Assembly: GCF_018350175.1 (NCBI RefSeq)
Contig: NC_058368.1
Coordinates: 222,210,001-222,274,000 of the forward strand
Direction: 5' to 3'
Length of the DNA: 64,000 nt
DNA from: Felis catus
Taxonomy: Eukaryota
Position 1 is the stretch's first letter; every line of letters starts with the position of its first letter. Positions 39,681 to 52,773 of the stretch are shown here, one piece after another. Under the pieces are notes generated by a model. That model was not told where the DNA came from. It was given only the letters and a program-made list of their open reading frames with translations, and searched no databases. Position numbers and translations under genes: made by a program.

Positions 39681-40335
39681 ATAAGTTCAGTTGTCTCAGT
39701 GGGAATTGGATGTGACGGTTTTGTTTGTTTGTTTGTTTGTTTTGGGGGATATACCTGTAAAAGGTAAAAGAGCTGGAGCAGGAATAGGAAAGGAAAAGCC
39801 TCAGACTTGTATGCAGGGATTAAACCTGAAAAATGAGACAGAGGGGCGCCTGGGTGGCGCAGTCGGTTAAGCGTCCGACTTCAGCCAGGTCACGATCTCG
39901 CGGTCCGTGAGTTCGAGCCCCGTGTCAGGCTCTGGGCTGATGGCTCGGAGCCTGGAGCCTGTTTCCGATTCTGTGTCTCCCTCTCTCTCTGCCCCTCCCT
40001 CGTTCATGCTCTGTCTCTCTCTGTCCCAAAAATAAATAAACGTTGAAAAAAAATTAAAAAAAAAAAAAAAAGAAAAATGAGACAGAGAAATAAGGAGAGT
40101 TGAACAGGAAATGTGTCAGACTGCCATTTAAATCTGAGGAAGCTTTGGCCAAGCCTATGCAAATATCGAGCAATGACTTTAGAGTCAGGAGTGTTTTGGC
40201 TCTCCTGTATCTACCATCTTCTGTCATTGGTCGCAAGCAGTCTGGGATGGATGTCCTTGACATGAACATGGTGATGTTATCAGAAGCATGGACCCACAGT
40301 CAGACATCTGAGGAGAGTCTTTCACAGCCATCCTA
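39680..40335 (-). mobile_element. ERVL LTR (LTR16-like), interrupted by a young SINE
   Basis: aagcctcagacttgtatgcagg...tcagactgcc...tctgaggaagctttggccaagcc resembles LTR16. Confidence 0.6.
39843..40071 (+). mobile_element. young SINEC_Fc
   Basis: CpG-rich near-consensus head, long A tail and perfect TSD gaaaaatgagacagag. Confidence 0.97.
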
Positions 40336-41326
40336 TTGTTGAAACACTGACAAATACGCTTCAAAAGTTTTACTTAAAACATAATTATACACGATGAAGA
40401 TATATCATTTCCAAGTCTTTCCATAAAATTATGAGCACATTATAGAATTAATAAATAGAGTTTAAGGGAAAATAGTGAAATCTTCAGCAATGTCACCAAA
40501 CTTTAGTTTTGGAGCTTGAAACTTGGTTATTTATAAAGTAATACTTTAATTCTGTATTTTCTGCTGCGCTTAATATAATTGTTGAGAAAACAATGTTTAC
40601 TATGAAGAAAATTTTGTGTATAAAATTAAAAAAACTACAAGCACTCCTATTAAGAATTAATTGTAATCACATGATCTCTGACCTGAATTTAATCATTGGT
40701 CATACTAATGAATTTCTATATAGATACCGCGTGTAGCTCTATTGGAATATTAGATCAACAAAGATGTGCACTAACAGTCCATGTGGTTATCGTTTCTCTA
40801 CGTACTTTATTCAAATTTGCAGAAACTGAAACAATTTATTATTAGATACCCCACTGTCATGTTTATATTTTGCACAATGAAAGCAGATAACTCTACTTAT
40901 CTCCCATGACAGAATCTTGAAAGAAAAAGGACATAAAATATTAGCTACAAATTTCAATACTTGGGGATGACAGTTGTCAGCTGTCTCCATGGGAAAGCTG
41001 TGGAATCCTTCCGTTCCTAACCTTAGGAGATAAAACAAAGGTTAAATAACATTGTTTTCATTTCACTTTTATGTGCCAGTCATTTTACGTTAGTTAAAAA
41101 TTTGCTTCTACCATCTACGTTCGAACCATCTACATTCTGTAAGCATTCAATCAACACACTTCTCAACATAATCCAGGTAAGAGAATTTAGACAATTTTTC
41201 AGGCCCTAATGAACACTTTTTTGTGGGGAGAGTGGAGACAGGCAGATGATGTAAATATCTTTTGAATTAAATAAATAGAGTTTATAAAAGAAAAAGTAGT
41301 ATTATCGTCAAACTCTAGAAGTATAC

Positions 41327-41570
41327 TTTTTTTTTTGTTTTGTTTTGTTTTGTTTTGTTTTGTTTTGTTTTGTTTTCCCAGCTTTTATTGACATATGGAC
41401 AAAGGGTACAGACCTTCAGTTACCAGATGAGTAACTTCTGGGGATCTAAGCACAGCATGGTAACTATAGTTAATAATACTATATTGCATACTTGAAATTT
41501 GCTGAAAGAAGATATTAAGTAGAGATATTAAGTAGATGAGGATACCACACATACATAAAAGTAACTGTAT
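41327..41570. mobile_element. L1MA-type 3' end with internal inversion and a (GTTTT)n tail
   Basis: Minus piece (tail plus cccagcttttattgacatat) is joined to a plus piece (caaagggtacagaccttcagtt...tacttgaaatttgct). Confidence 0.7.
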
Positions 41571-41611
41571 CTATTCTTTTAAAAGTACAAACTTAAATGC
41601 ATTCTTTGTTT

Positions 41612-41812
41612 TTCTTTTAAATTTCTATTTACTTATTTTGAGAGAAAAAGGGAGAAAGGGCAGAGAGAGACAGGAGAAGGGAAGACCTCAAGCAGGCTCC
41701 ATGCCCTCAGCATAGAGCCCAACGTGGGGCTCCAACTCATCAACTATGAGATCATGACCTGAGCCAAAATCAAGAGCTGGATGCTTAACCTACTGAGCCA
41801 CCCAGTTGCCCC
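41612..41812 (-). mobile_element. Can-SINE
   Basis: Reverse SINE ending in cccagttgcccc. Confidence 0.92.
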
Positions 41813-41869
41813 TCTTCTTTGGTTTTAATTTTTTCTCTCTATATTTTACCCAATTATTCTGCTCCTTCT

Positions 41870-42250
41870 TTTGTGAAGCAGGATTCTATTTTCTTATATA
41901 TTGCTGTCGCCATAGAAGGGTTTTTCCTCTGGGGGAGGAACTTAGACATTAACTTACTTTAACCAATGAACTTTAAGCAGGAATGGCATGTGACAATTCT
42001 GAACAACAACGGTTTAAGCCATTGCATATGTTTGCCAGATTTCATGCTCATTTTCTCTGCCAAAAGAATGACGCACCTCAAATAAGGGTGCACTTTAACT
42101 TACATCTTAGAACGTTAAGATAGATAAAATAAATGTGGCACTGTGAGCCAACCCACAACCCTGGTATGCAATGAGAAGGCCATAAAGATCTTTCTTGTAA
42201 CACCAGGGAGCTTTAGCAAATGCTTGTACTGTAACAAAATTCACTAATAT
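41870..42250 (+). mobile_element. MaLR LTR fragment (MLT1H/I-like)
   Basis: ttaaccaatgaa...aagcaggaatggcatgtgacaattctgaac. Boundaries approximate. Confidence 0.45.
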
Positions 42251-42852
42251 ATACTTGGCACTTTTTTTAATGTTCTTATTTTCTTTTGTACCTAGGTTTT
42301 CTAATTTTTTTCTGAATCTACCTACTTTTTCTATTTTTTTTCCTGAATTGTGAAGTTAATAGATCTTAATAGACTCAACTACTTTGCTTATATCTGTCAC
42401 CAAATATTGCATATTTGCTGATAGGCAGTTTGCTCAATATGGAAGATATTTAAATGAGTGTTTGCTATAGCAACTAGATGGGAAAACAATGAATTTCAGG
42501 CCGTAATCCCATCATAAAACAAACAAACAAAAAAACACAAAATCGATCAGAGTTCTGAATATAAGAGCTAAAACTGTAAAAACCCTAGGGGGAAAACATA
42601 AAAAAAAAAATCTTTGTGAGACTGGTTTGGGCAAGGTTTCTTATAATATACTTGTAATTATCATTGACTCCATAATCTTGAAGCCCCACAATTACTGTGT
42701 ATATCAACATACAACTTGCCAGATATACCCGATCTCAACTAATAATAGTTGAGAATGCTAATGATCATGATGCCACTGCAAGCCAGGGGTTAACTAAAAT
42801 CAGATTATTGCCATCAGGAAACTAAGTAAGCTACTTCATAAATGCCATTCTG

Positions 42853-43062
42853 TGGTGCGCCTGGGTGGCTCAGTCGGTTGAGCTTCGGACTTCGGTTCAG
42901 TTCATGGTCTTGGGGTTTGTGGTTTTGAGCCCTCCTTGGGCTTTGTGCTGACAGCTTGGAGCCTGGAGCCTGCTTGGGATTCTGTGTCTCCCTCTCTCTC
43001 TGTCCCTCCCCCCCTCCCCACTTGTGCTCTGTCTCTCTCTATCAAAAATAAATAAATGTAAA
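42853..43062 (+). mobile_element. Can-SINE
   Basis: Degenerate TSD ...gccattctg on both sides. Confidence 0.93.
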
Positions 43063-43119
43063 ATAACGCCATTCTGGGAGTCTGAGTTTAAGAACACTTC
43101 TGGAACCAACTATCTTCAT

Positions 43120-43760
43120 ATATGTTTCCCTAAGAAGTAGATATACACGGAAAAGTTTGTATATATTCTACCATTCTATTAGGAACTATAATTCCAGGGA
43201 ATGGAGTAAAAGAAAAAAAAAGCAATTTAACAAAGAGAAGTGAGACAGGGAATACATGGTGCGTTATTGAGCTTTCTAGGATTTTGTAACAGTTTTGTAA
43301 AGCCATCTTACAATAGGGGGCAACTGGGTGACTCAGTCGGTTTGGCGTCCAACCTTGGCTCAGGCTTGTGAGTTCAAGCCCCGCGTCAGGCTCTGTGCTT
43401 ACAGCTCAGAGCCTGGAGCCTGCTTCAGATTCCGTGTCTCCCTCTCTCTCTGCCCCTCCCCTACTTATGCTCTGTCTCTCTCTGTCTCAAAAATAAATAA
43501 AAACATAAAAAAATTAAAATAACAATAACAACAACAACAACAAAAAACTTACAATAGGTTTTATGAACACTTGCTTGCCATGATGGTCTTTCAGGGGAAG
43601 AAAATGGGAAGAAGTCATTTGCTGGTCACCAATTCCCATTTGTCTGGTGTTCCTCCCATGAGAAATGATCTCTTCTGTAATTTTGGTTGTGCAAATATAA
43701 ATGGATCCCATGATACCTAATATCTCAAGTCTACAGACAAGCCCTAGTGAAAGAGTCAAG
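43120..43760 (-). mobile_element. ERVL LTR remnant (LTR33/LTR16 class), interrupted by a SINE
   Basis: tttccctaagaagtaga...attaggaactataattccagggaat...ggtgcgttattgagc. Confidence 0.4.
43317..43547 (+). mobile_element. Can-SINE with an (AAC)n tail
   Basis: TSD cttacaatagg. Confidence 0.93.
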
Positions 43761-44539
43761 TCCTATGTATCTACACATACAAGTACATGTATATACATGT
43801 GTATACATGTGTAAGCACACACACATAAATATACATATAAACACACATATATGGGTATATATGCATATATTTTTATACAATATATTCATATTTTTATATA
43901 TTTGGTATTTTGCTCCTCTGCCATACAGCTCATTGTTTACTTTGGAGTCCACTTTGATTTCTAAGCCCACAATTCTCAACTCCAAAAACTTATTGTTGCT
44001 ATCAAAACTGTAGGTAAAGCGTATCCTTTAATAGTCCCAGAATATTCAGCCACAACTCTATTTAAATGTTGGGAATATTATGAATTTCAACCTCTTTCTA
44101 TTTTTCCATATTTTTAATTAATAAATATGTATTATGTTCATAATTTAAAGAGCACTATATAAAATTATTGAAATAAATATGGTTATTTAATTTTACTAAA
44201 TTCTAAGGTAAAAAGCAACAAAAGATGCAGTGGAATTATATTTTATCACCAGCAATCAACCTCACATTTTATAAATAAAAATACAAATTTTATCAACAGG
44301 TTTAAATTTCATATAATTAAATAAAGCAAGAAATGCCAAAGTGTTAAAGTCTATACGGATGATATTTTCTAGCATTCTAAGATGATTCTGCCATATACAA
44401 ATTTATTCACATTTTGTTTCCATTTTTGATATCATAACTGTGTCAATACTATACTAATATATTTAGATCACAATTCACAATATGCATTTTAATTTCATAA
44501 TAACACTTTTTATCTATGTGAAATCATAATTCTATTTAT

Positions 44540-44621
44540 TTTATTTTATTTTATTTTAGTATTTATTTTATTTTAGAGAATGACAGAGTATGCAAGCAAG
44601 GGAGAGGGCAGAGGGAGAGAA

Positions 44622-44655
<34 letters not shown>

Positions 44656-44778
44656 TCCCAAGCAGGCTCCACACTGAATGTGGAGCCTGATGTGGGGCTC
44701 AGTCCCACAACCTTGGGATCATGACCTAGTCAAAATCAAGAGTCAGATGCTCAAACGGCTGAGCCACCCAGGATCCCC
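44540..44778 (-). mobile_element. Can-SINE
   Basis: Reverse SINE with a (GA)n tract and (TTTTA)n tail. Confidence 0.92.
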
Positions 44779-46149
44779 AATTCTTTATATTTTAAATAAC
44801 TAGATATCTGCTGAAAAATACATATCTGGAATCATCGAAATTGAATAAAATACTTTGGAATTTCAAATAATTTTAAAATGAAAAGCATACTATACAAATA
44901 TTCTTAATGGAAAACAAACTGTTTAAATAAAAAGTTGTGAATATAAGTTGAGATCATTGGCAGTTAGTTAATGTTCATAGTTCTTCCTCAAATCAAACAT
45001 TATATATTTACTGTGTAGGCCTATCTCCAAAGTTTCCAAACATATTAAAGTATTCCTCAAATTATTATTTTTTTCTACTTGAATCACTGTAATATCTGAA
45101 TAATGTAATACAATACTATAACTGAAAATATCTCTCGCAGCTCTCTAAAATACAAAGAGATTTTCCTTTTTCTTCCATCACTTTCATTCATTATTTGTAA
45201 AAGTTTCAACTTAGTAATGTATCTGAATTTTAAAAAATAGAAAAAAAAGCATTAGACATAAATCACCAAGATTTACTTCTGAAATATGTGCCTCTTCCTT
45301 GACATTCAAGACAAATATTTCCTTGCTTTTGAATATTTTATAGAAGCTGTTACTGAAAGTTCTAGTTCTGAACCTAAATATATGACTTTGATTCAAAAGT
45401 ATGATTATCATTTTCTTCTTGAAGTATGATACTATCTGGGAATATTTACCTTAAATCTGATTGATTAAATGGCTCTTTACAGTGTTATCTTGACTCCACA
45501 AAAATATTTCAAGTAAAATTATAAATGATTAATGTTAAAACTAGATTGTATTTTTAAAAGCAAGATCACTTAGGCCTCAAAGCTACTTATGTCAAATATT
45601 TGGCTGGTTTCTTTATTATTCAGCTTTCTCAAAATATAGGACCCCCATCCTCCAAATCTGTACTTAGTAAAATAAACACTATGCTTAGGAAGGGAATAAA
45701 CACTTATTAAAATCACTGTTAGGCAATAAGCATATTATTTTCCCTAGTTTTTATCACTTTATCTTTACAACAATCCTCCAAAATAGTTGGTACTCTCTAT
45801 TTACAAAGTTAGTTGAGAATCGTTTACCAAATATCTCATTGTCAGAAAGTGTCAAAGTTCACTTTTCAAAGTTCACAATTCAAAAGGGCTTCCTGACCTT
45901 ATATTTTTTTTTCCACTAAATTATACTGGTTCCCTCTTATCTGCTTTGAATTAATTAAGTGCTTTATGCAATTTCATTGTTTTTAGTCTCTGTTTATATT
46001 TCTGCAAGCTCTTCATTACTCCATTCAACAAATATATATTAAGCCAAAACTATTGACAGTTGACCATTTCTGATCTCCAAAAAATGACAGTTGCATGCAG
46101 CTATCTTAATATTTGTTGAGTGCTTCCTTTATGGAGGGAATAAAACACT

Positions 46150-46745
46150 CTATTATTTATCTTCTGTATGACAATTACTCCTCAACTGAATCAAAAGAAT
46201 ATTTAATATCTCACACTTTCTGACAGTCCAGAATCCCAGGATGACTCAGCTGGGCCCTCTGCTTCAGTGTCTCTTATAAGCTAAAATTGAAATAATAGGG
46301 CTTTGGTCTCCTCTGTGGACATGACTGAAGAAGGATCCAGTTCAAACTCCCTAATGCGATTCAGGATTCTGTCCCTCAATGGTTGTTGGACTAAAGCCCT
46401 CAGTCCTTTTCTGGTCATTATCCAGAGTCTATTCCCAGTTTCTCGCCCCATGGGCCTCTCCAGCTTCCTTCAACAGAACAATGGTGTGGAGAAGAACAAG
46501 GATCTAAAGATCTGAGAGAGAGTGAGAGAAAGAGAGAGAGAGAGAAAGAGAGAGACCAGAAATATGAAAGTCACAGTGGTTTGTAACCTAATCTCAGAAG
46601 TAACATCTAATCACTTTGATCATATTCTATTCATTAAAAACAAGTCACCAGGTCCAATTTACACTTAAGGAAAGAAAATTGCACAAGGGCAACAAAACAA
46701 AAAGATGGGACTCAATGGAAGCCATCTTGGAAGTCTCCCTACTAT
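46150..46745 (-). mobile_element. MaLR LTR (MLT1F-like)
   Basis: gactcagctgggccctctgcttcag; taacctaatctcagaagtaacat...catattctattcatta; gccatcttgga. Confidence 0.75.
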
Positions 46746-46759
46746 GAGCACTAAATTAG

Positions 46760-47990
46760 ACAAAATGTCTTACTCTCGGGTAGTTCACATTCTAGTATTG
46801 GAAGAAAGATACAGCAAAGAAATATATGTACACACACAAGCATACAATAAAGCAATACACATACAAAGTGGTCATACAGGCAGTTTAAGGAATGGAGATC
46901 AAAGGCAAATGTTATTTTATACAGGATATGGAGGAAAATGGGGGGAAGCAAATCAGATTTCTAGAAGGAGAATATCCCAGCAAAGAAAATAGCAAGCACT
47001 AAGTCCCTGAAATAGATCCAAGTTTTGTGTTTGAGGAAGAGGCCCTCGTGGCTGGGGGAGATATGGGAGAGACAAATGAGAGAAAACAGTTGGCCATATT
47101 ATGTAGGGCTTTTAGCCTGTGCCATGACTTGGGAAGCTCTTCCGAGTGAGATATAAGCCATTTAGAATATTCGCTGTGGAGGAATGGCATGACCAACCTA
47201 CAACTGTAAAGGATCATTCTGAATTCTGTGTGGAAAATACAGTAAGGAGAACATTTCTAAAATATGAGGAGACGATATAAGTAACTATCTTGCTAACCCA
47301 AGCAAAGTTATTATGATGAGTTGGGTCAAAGTGCTAGCAGTATACTTAGTGAGATATTAAGAGCTTCTGTCTGGATGTATTTAAACATAGATCCAGCAGC
47401 ATTTCTTAACAGATTTTCTCCTAAGTATGAAAGAGATCGGGGATGACTCCAAATATTTTTGCCTGAATGCTAAGAGGTAGAAATTCTACTTAGTAAGACT
47501 GTGAAAGATCAATCTGCATCAGGTCAGTTACAGCTGAAATAAATATTAGATGTAATAATGTTCATGATGAAGAGAACTTTCTATGTGAGGCCCAAATATA
47601 AAAGAAGGCTTGAAGAAATAGATTTCTGAATCATCAGAGTGAAGATTGTGTTTAAAATCATGACACCAAATGAAATCAGCTGAAGAGCGAGGAAAGATAA
47701 GGAAGAGAAGAGGTCTGAGAACTGAAACTGGGAATATCTCAAATATTTAATATTTGGAATAATGAAAATGAGTAATGGAATCTTTGAAGTCATGAGTGAT
47801 GGAGGAAACAATGGCAGAGTGTTGTGGCAATTGAAGAAACCAAGTATCAAGGAAGATGAGAAATGAAAATCGATCCACATATCTGGCAAAATGAAAGCCA
47901 CTAATGACCCTGACAAAACCTTGGTCCAAAGAGGTGGGGATAAAAGCCTCTATGGAGTGAGAGTCCAATAAAGAAATGGAGATGGTTGTG
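46760..47990 (-). mobile_element. LINE-2 fragment
   Basis: ttcacattctagt; aggaatggcatgacc...aaaggatcattctg; gatgactccaaatatttttgcctgaatg; gaaaccaag...ggaaga. Confidence 0.7.
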
Positions 47991-48011
47991 GGTAAATTTC
48001 TTTTCAGTTTC

Positions 48012-48238
48012 TTTTTTTTTTTTTTAATTTTTTTTCAACGTTTATTTATTTTTGGGACAGAGAGAGACAGAGCATGAACGGGCAAGGGGCAGAGAGAGAG
48101 GGAGACACAGAATCGGAAACAGGCTCCAGGCTCTGAGCCATCAGCCCAGGGCCCGACGCGGGGCTTGAACTCGCGGACCGTGAGATCGTGACCTGGCTGA
48201 AGTCAGACGCTTAACCGACTGCGCCACCCAGGCGCCCC
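48012..48238 (-). mobile_element. young SINEC_Fc
   Basis: CpG-rich; perfect TSD tcttttcagtttc. Confidence 0.97.
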
Positions 48239-48497
48239 TCTTTTCAGTTTCAATAAATAATTGCACCGTAATGACACAGTAAAGATATGGAGTCAGGACA
48301 ACTTTATTTTGCAGGGTTTAGGATTTTGCTACAGGAAAATAGCACACAACTCTTCAAGACTGAACAGATTTAATACAAGTTGGATACTAACACAATAGTA
48401 TGGACTGCTAGCAGAAACTGTGTCCCCCCAAGATGTCAGCTCTTGCCAGGAGTTTTCCTCCAGTTTGAACTGTCTCTGGGCTCCAGTAACATTTTAT

Positions 48498-48724
48498 TTT
48501 TATTTTTTCTTTAATTTTTTTTAACGTTTATTTATCTTTGAGACAGAGAGAGACAGAGCATGAACAGGGGAGGGGCAGAGGGAGAGGGAGACACAGAATC
48601 TGAAACAGGCTCCAGGCTCTGAGCTGTCAGCCCAGAGCCTGACTCGGGGCTCGAACTCATGGACCTCGAGATCATGACCTGAGCCGAAGTCGGCCGCCCA
48701 ACCGACCAAGCCACCCAGGAGCCC
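48498..48724 (-). mobile_element. Can-SINE (SINEC_Fc-like)
   Basis: Perfect TSD ctccagtaacattttat. Confidence 0.96.
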
Positions 48725-48750
48725 CTCCAGTAACATTTTATATTCACTTT

Positions 48751-48765
48751 GTCGCCTCCTGCTGG
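48751..48765 (-). promoter_or_regulatory. candidate CTCF motif
   Basis: Reverse strand CCAGCAGGAGGCGAC versus core consensus CCASYAGRKGGCRS. Confidence 0.3.
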
Positions 48766-49534
48766 GTGCCTCAACATCCCTTCAGCGATCTTTTACCTAT
48801 GCCCACACCTCTGTTAGTAATCCATTAAAGGTTGCTTATTTGAAATATATGAGGTGGACATTCTTTCCGGATAGTTCCCTAGTTGATACAGGGAACCCAC
48901 AAATTCTTTGCTGGAACTACTGGCTTCAAGACAGGTGGTATTTAATGGTTAGAAAGCAATCACCGTTTTATCAATCACTATTTGACAGCAACAAAGCTAG
49001 TCTCCAGACTCGGAAAGCTGGATCCTGCCAACTGTGGCTACTCTCCCATTTGCCTCTATCTATAAACTCACTAAGATTATGACATAGGGCAGTCTGCTGT
49101 CAAAGCTTCCAATTTTTCGGTGACTCTGCTTGCCTGAAAGCCATAGCTAAAAATGCAAGAAGACATACTCTTTTCCCAGTGCTGCTTCCCAATCTCACAC
49201 GATGCAGCTGGTTGGCACAACCTATCTGACATCTGAAACCTTCATCACAAGGGGGCTTTGCAACTAAACTGTTTAGCATTCCAACCTCTTCAGTTCTGAA
49301 ATTTACACTAGACAGAGGCGGGGATCGATTCTGAGTGGGATCTCATCACTCACTGTGTGCACCGATCCTTTGTGGTGTTACTTTGATAGTTACTAAATAA
49401 GAAAGAAATGAGAAGGAGGAACAGAGAAGGGACAATTACAGGAGCAAAGTCCTTGGGACAAAACTTGGGACAAGACTAGTGTACAAGTTTCTATTCCACA
49501 TGTTAATTACATATGTAAGAATGCCATACAATTT

Positions 49535-49748
49535 TTAGGTTTTTTTTTATGTTTATTTATTTTTGAGAGAGAGACACACACAGAGTAGGAGCGGGGAAGG
49601 GACAGAGAGAGAGGGAGTTACAGAATCCGAAGTAGATTGCAGGCTCTGAACTGTCAACACAGAGCCCGATGTGGGGCTCTAACTCACAATGAGATCATGA
49701 CCTGAGCTGAAGCGGGATGCTCAACTGACTGAGCCACCCAGGTGCCCC
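49535..49748 (-). mobile_element. Can-SINE
   Basis: TSD agaa(t/c)gccata(c/a)aattt. Confidence 0.94.
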
Positions 49749-49780
49749 AGAACGCCATAAAATTTAATGGGAATGATTAC

Positions 49781-49839
49781 TTTTTTTTTTTTTTTTAAGA
49801 GAGAGAAAGAGACAGCAAGCCAGGGAGAGGGGCAGAGGG

Positions 49840-49885
<46 letters not shown>

Positions 49886-50013
49886 CTTACGCAGGCTCCA
49901 TGGCCGGTGCAGAGCCCAATGCAGGGCTGAATCCTTGACCCTGAGATCATGACCTAAACCAAAATCAAGAAGTGAATGCTCAACCAACTTAGTCACCCAG
50001 GCCCAGGTGTCCC
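49781..50013 (-). mobile_element. Can-SINE with a long (GA)n tract
   Basis: Poly(T), (GA)n tract and reverse head. Confidence 0.9.
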
Positions 50014-50674
50014 TTTTTTTAAAACTTTTACCTTTATATCCTCAAGTTTTCAAAGCACAAACAAATTAAACATTGAATGATATTTGAATATATTTACAAG
50101 TATCTGTCTTTGTAAATTAAGATAACTTGCTTTAAATCTTATTTTTTGATAATAAAATTGTTTTCATTTCCTTCCGGTCATCTTCATCAGCTGTATCTTT
50201 CTCCAGTTCTCTAAATATTTCACCATTCTGTGTTTCCACATGTGAACATTAAATAAATTGTTGGCTCATGTTGGTAGGTTTTAAGAATTTTTTTTTTGCT
50301 TTTATTTTATTTGTCAATTACAGATCCTGTGACTTTTTCTCTTTCTGTGTGTGTGTATGTATGCATGTCAATTTAACACATTTATTATTGTGTTCAGTAT
50401 TGTAATTAGGGTGTATGTCTGTTACGTTGTTTCATATTTTCTGTTTATTTTTAAATATTGTTTTTCTTTCTTATTTTCTTCACTAGATACACTGATATTT
50501 GCGTGTTTTTGTGAAATAAAGTTAGCTGAAAATGAAAAAAAAATCCAGTATGGTCGCTTAAACAGAGTAGTAAAACTGAAGTAAATAAGACAGAGTAGTT
50601 TGGTGATAATATCAGGCAAGACGCTTCCCATATTTCAACTACGCCGTCCTTGTGGGTGCATGGTTTCCAGTCTA

Positions 50675-50688
50675 CCCCTAGATGGCTG
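50675..50688 (+). promoter_or_regulatory. candidate CTCF motif
   Basis: CCCCTAGATGGCTG, 2 mismatches to CCASYAGRKGGCRS. Confidence 0.22.
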
Positions 50689-50744
50689 AGTTTAGATAGA
50701 TAAGTATTTTTTAGTTATCTGTATTCTATACCAGGGTTCTTTTA

Positions 50745-50986
50745 TAATTTTTTTAATTTTTATTTTTTTTATGTTTTATTTATTTTTGAGAAAGAGAGAG
50801 AGAGAGAGAACGCACACACAAGAGAGCAGGGGAGGGTCAGAGAAAGAGGGGGACACAATCTGAAGACAGGTTCCAGGCTGTGAGCTGTCAGCACAGATCT
50901 GGGCGCAGGGCTGGAACCCACGAACTGTGAGATCATGACCTGAGCCAAAGTCAGACACTTAACCGATTGAACCAGCCACACACCCA
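50745..50986 (-). mobile_element. Can-SINE
   Basis: TSD cagggttctttta. Confidence 0.94.
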
Positions 50987-51969
50987 CAGGGTTCTTTTAA
51001 AGGGAGAAGTGAGACTAGGTTTGAAGAGTCACTATTTAAGTGTCTTAATTTGTCAGTATGTGTGTATGTGTGGAGTTTATAAACATTCTTTTTATTTTAA
51101 TTTACTTTTATTAACAAAAAAGTACTGACTTATTCACTTATCTCATAACTACATCCTTGTAAATGCATTTCCTTTAGGACTAATTTTTTTCCAAGCTTTT
51201 ACTTTTTTTTTAAAGACAATTTTGTGTGACTAAGAATATTTTTTATATTATTTTCATATTTAAATAGTTATTTAGCTTGTTATAAAACTGAAGTTACTTT
51301 CCTTCATTACTTCGGAAAGTATAATCCATTGACATATCCATTATTGCTGTGGATTTATCGTATTGCAGTCTGATTCCGTTTACTTTGGATGACCTGATTT
51401 TTGTTCAGAAGCTTAATGATTTTTCTTCTATTTTTTTCTTTTTTTATTATTATTAATTTTCACTGTGGTATGACTCAGTAATGTTTTTATTATTACTAAG
51501 TAGAAATGCATTAGCTCTTTCATTGTGGAGGGCTAATATATTTTCTAAGTATGGGCAATTTCTGGTCGTTTCTTCAATTATTTCCTCTCTGCCATTAATA
51601 TTTTGCAATATCATTTGACCTTTTATTATATGGATATTAAATCTAAATACCCTGTCCCTTAAGCTTTCTTAGGAACATTGCATTTCTTTTCCCTTCTTAT
51701 CCTAAAATAATTCTTTGACCTATTATTTGACCTCCCACACTCATCCTCTCTGTAGATTTCACCATTATCTTTTCTCACCCAGTACTTTCTTTGCTTCATC
51801 TTTTGGATTTCTGATTCTGTTCTCTAACTTATGTAATTAAACTCTTTCAGAATACATAAAGATTTATTTTGAATTCTTACTTATCCCAGGTGTATGAAGC
51901 TGCTTTGTTTGTTATAGGTTGTTTAGTTTGTTGTGTTTCATTTAGGTCAACTGAATTAATTGGTATGTT

Positions 51970-52267
51970 TTCTTTTTTAAGTTTTTATTTAAATTCCAGT
52001 TAGTTAACCTACTTTGTAATATTAGTGTCAGGCATACAATTTAGTGACTGGACACTTCCATACAACCCAGTTTGCTCATCACAAGTACCCTCCTTAATCC
52101 CCATCAACTATTTCAACCATCCTCCGACCCCCTCCCCTCTCGTAACCCTCAGTTTGTTCTCTCCTTAAGGTTCAGCTTCTTGGTTTGCTTCTCTCTCTTT
52201 TTTTTCCCCCTCTATGCTTATTTGTTTTGTTTTTTAAATCCCATGTATGAGTGAAATCACATGGTAG
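51970..52267 (-). mobile_element. carnivore L1 3'UTR, 5'-truncated (L1_Carn-like)
   Basis: ttaaattccagttagttaac...tgctcatcacaagtaccctccttaatcccc...gtatgagtgaaatcacatggta; TSD ttggtat(g/c)ttt. Confidence 0.88.
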
Positions 52268-52726
52268 CTTGGTATCTTTAACCATTAAATCCCTAATCCT
52301 CTGGGGCCAGATGCTCTCTTGTTGGTTCTATATAAGGACTGGAGTTCAGGTTCTAATTAGTTCACTGATTGACAATTTAGAGAATGTTTCCCTGGATCTT
52401 AGCCTAGGTTCAGATGCTCTGATGTTAAAGTCTGTCTCGGCCACTTCCTGCTTTTTTTCTCGAAGCTGTGAATACCAGAATAAACTCTCCCTGCACTCTG
52501 CTAGAGGGACTGCTTTTTTCAAAAGTTCTTTTGAACTGAAATATACTAAAGGTAAGGAAAAAAAATGCATGTGAACTGATCAGTGAACCTGCCCCTCTTA
52601 CCCGCTCCCATGCATGTCAAGCTCTGCAAGTTGGCTTCAAGTGACCATTCTGTCCTTTAGATACTATTGCTGCCGCCTTTCTGCCTGTCAATAGTGTCAA
52701 TAGTGTCAATAGTACAAACACAATGT

Positions 52727-52730
<4 letters not shown>

Positions 52731-52771
<41 letters not shown>
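52731..52771. repeat. (TA)20 microsatellite
   Basis: Seen directly. Confidence 0.95.

Positions 52772-52773
<2 letters not shown>

Noticed and set aside
39843..39925. tRNA-like A-box/B-box sequence
   Set aside because: It is the tRNA-derived head of a SINE, not a tRNA gene.
52686..52712. (TGTCAATAG)3 and other short tandem units as a CRISPR-like array
   Set aside because: No spacers and a eukaryotic context; ordinary slippage repeats.
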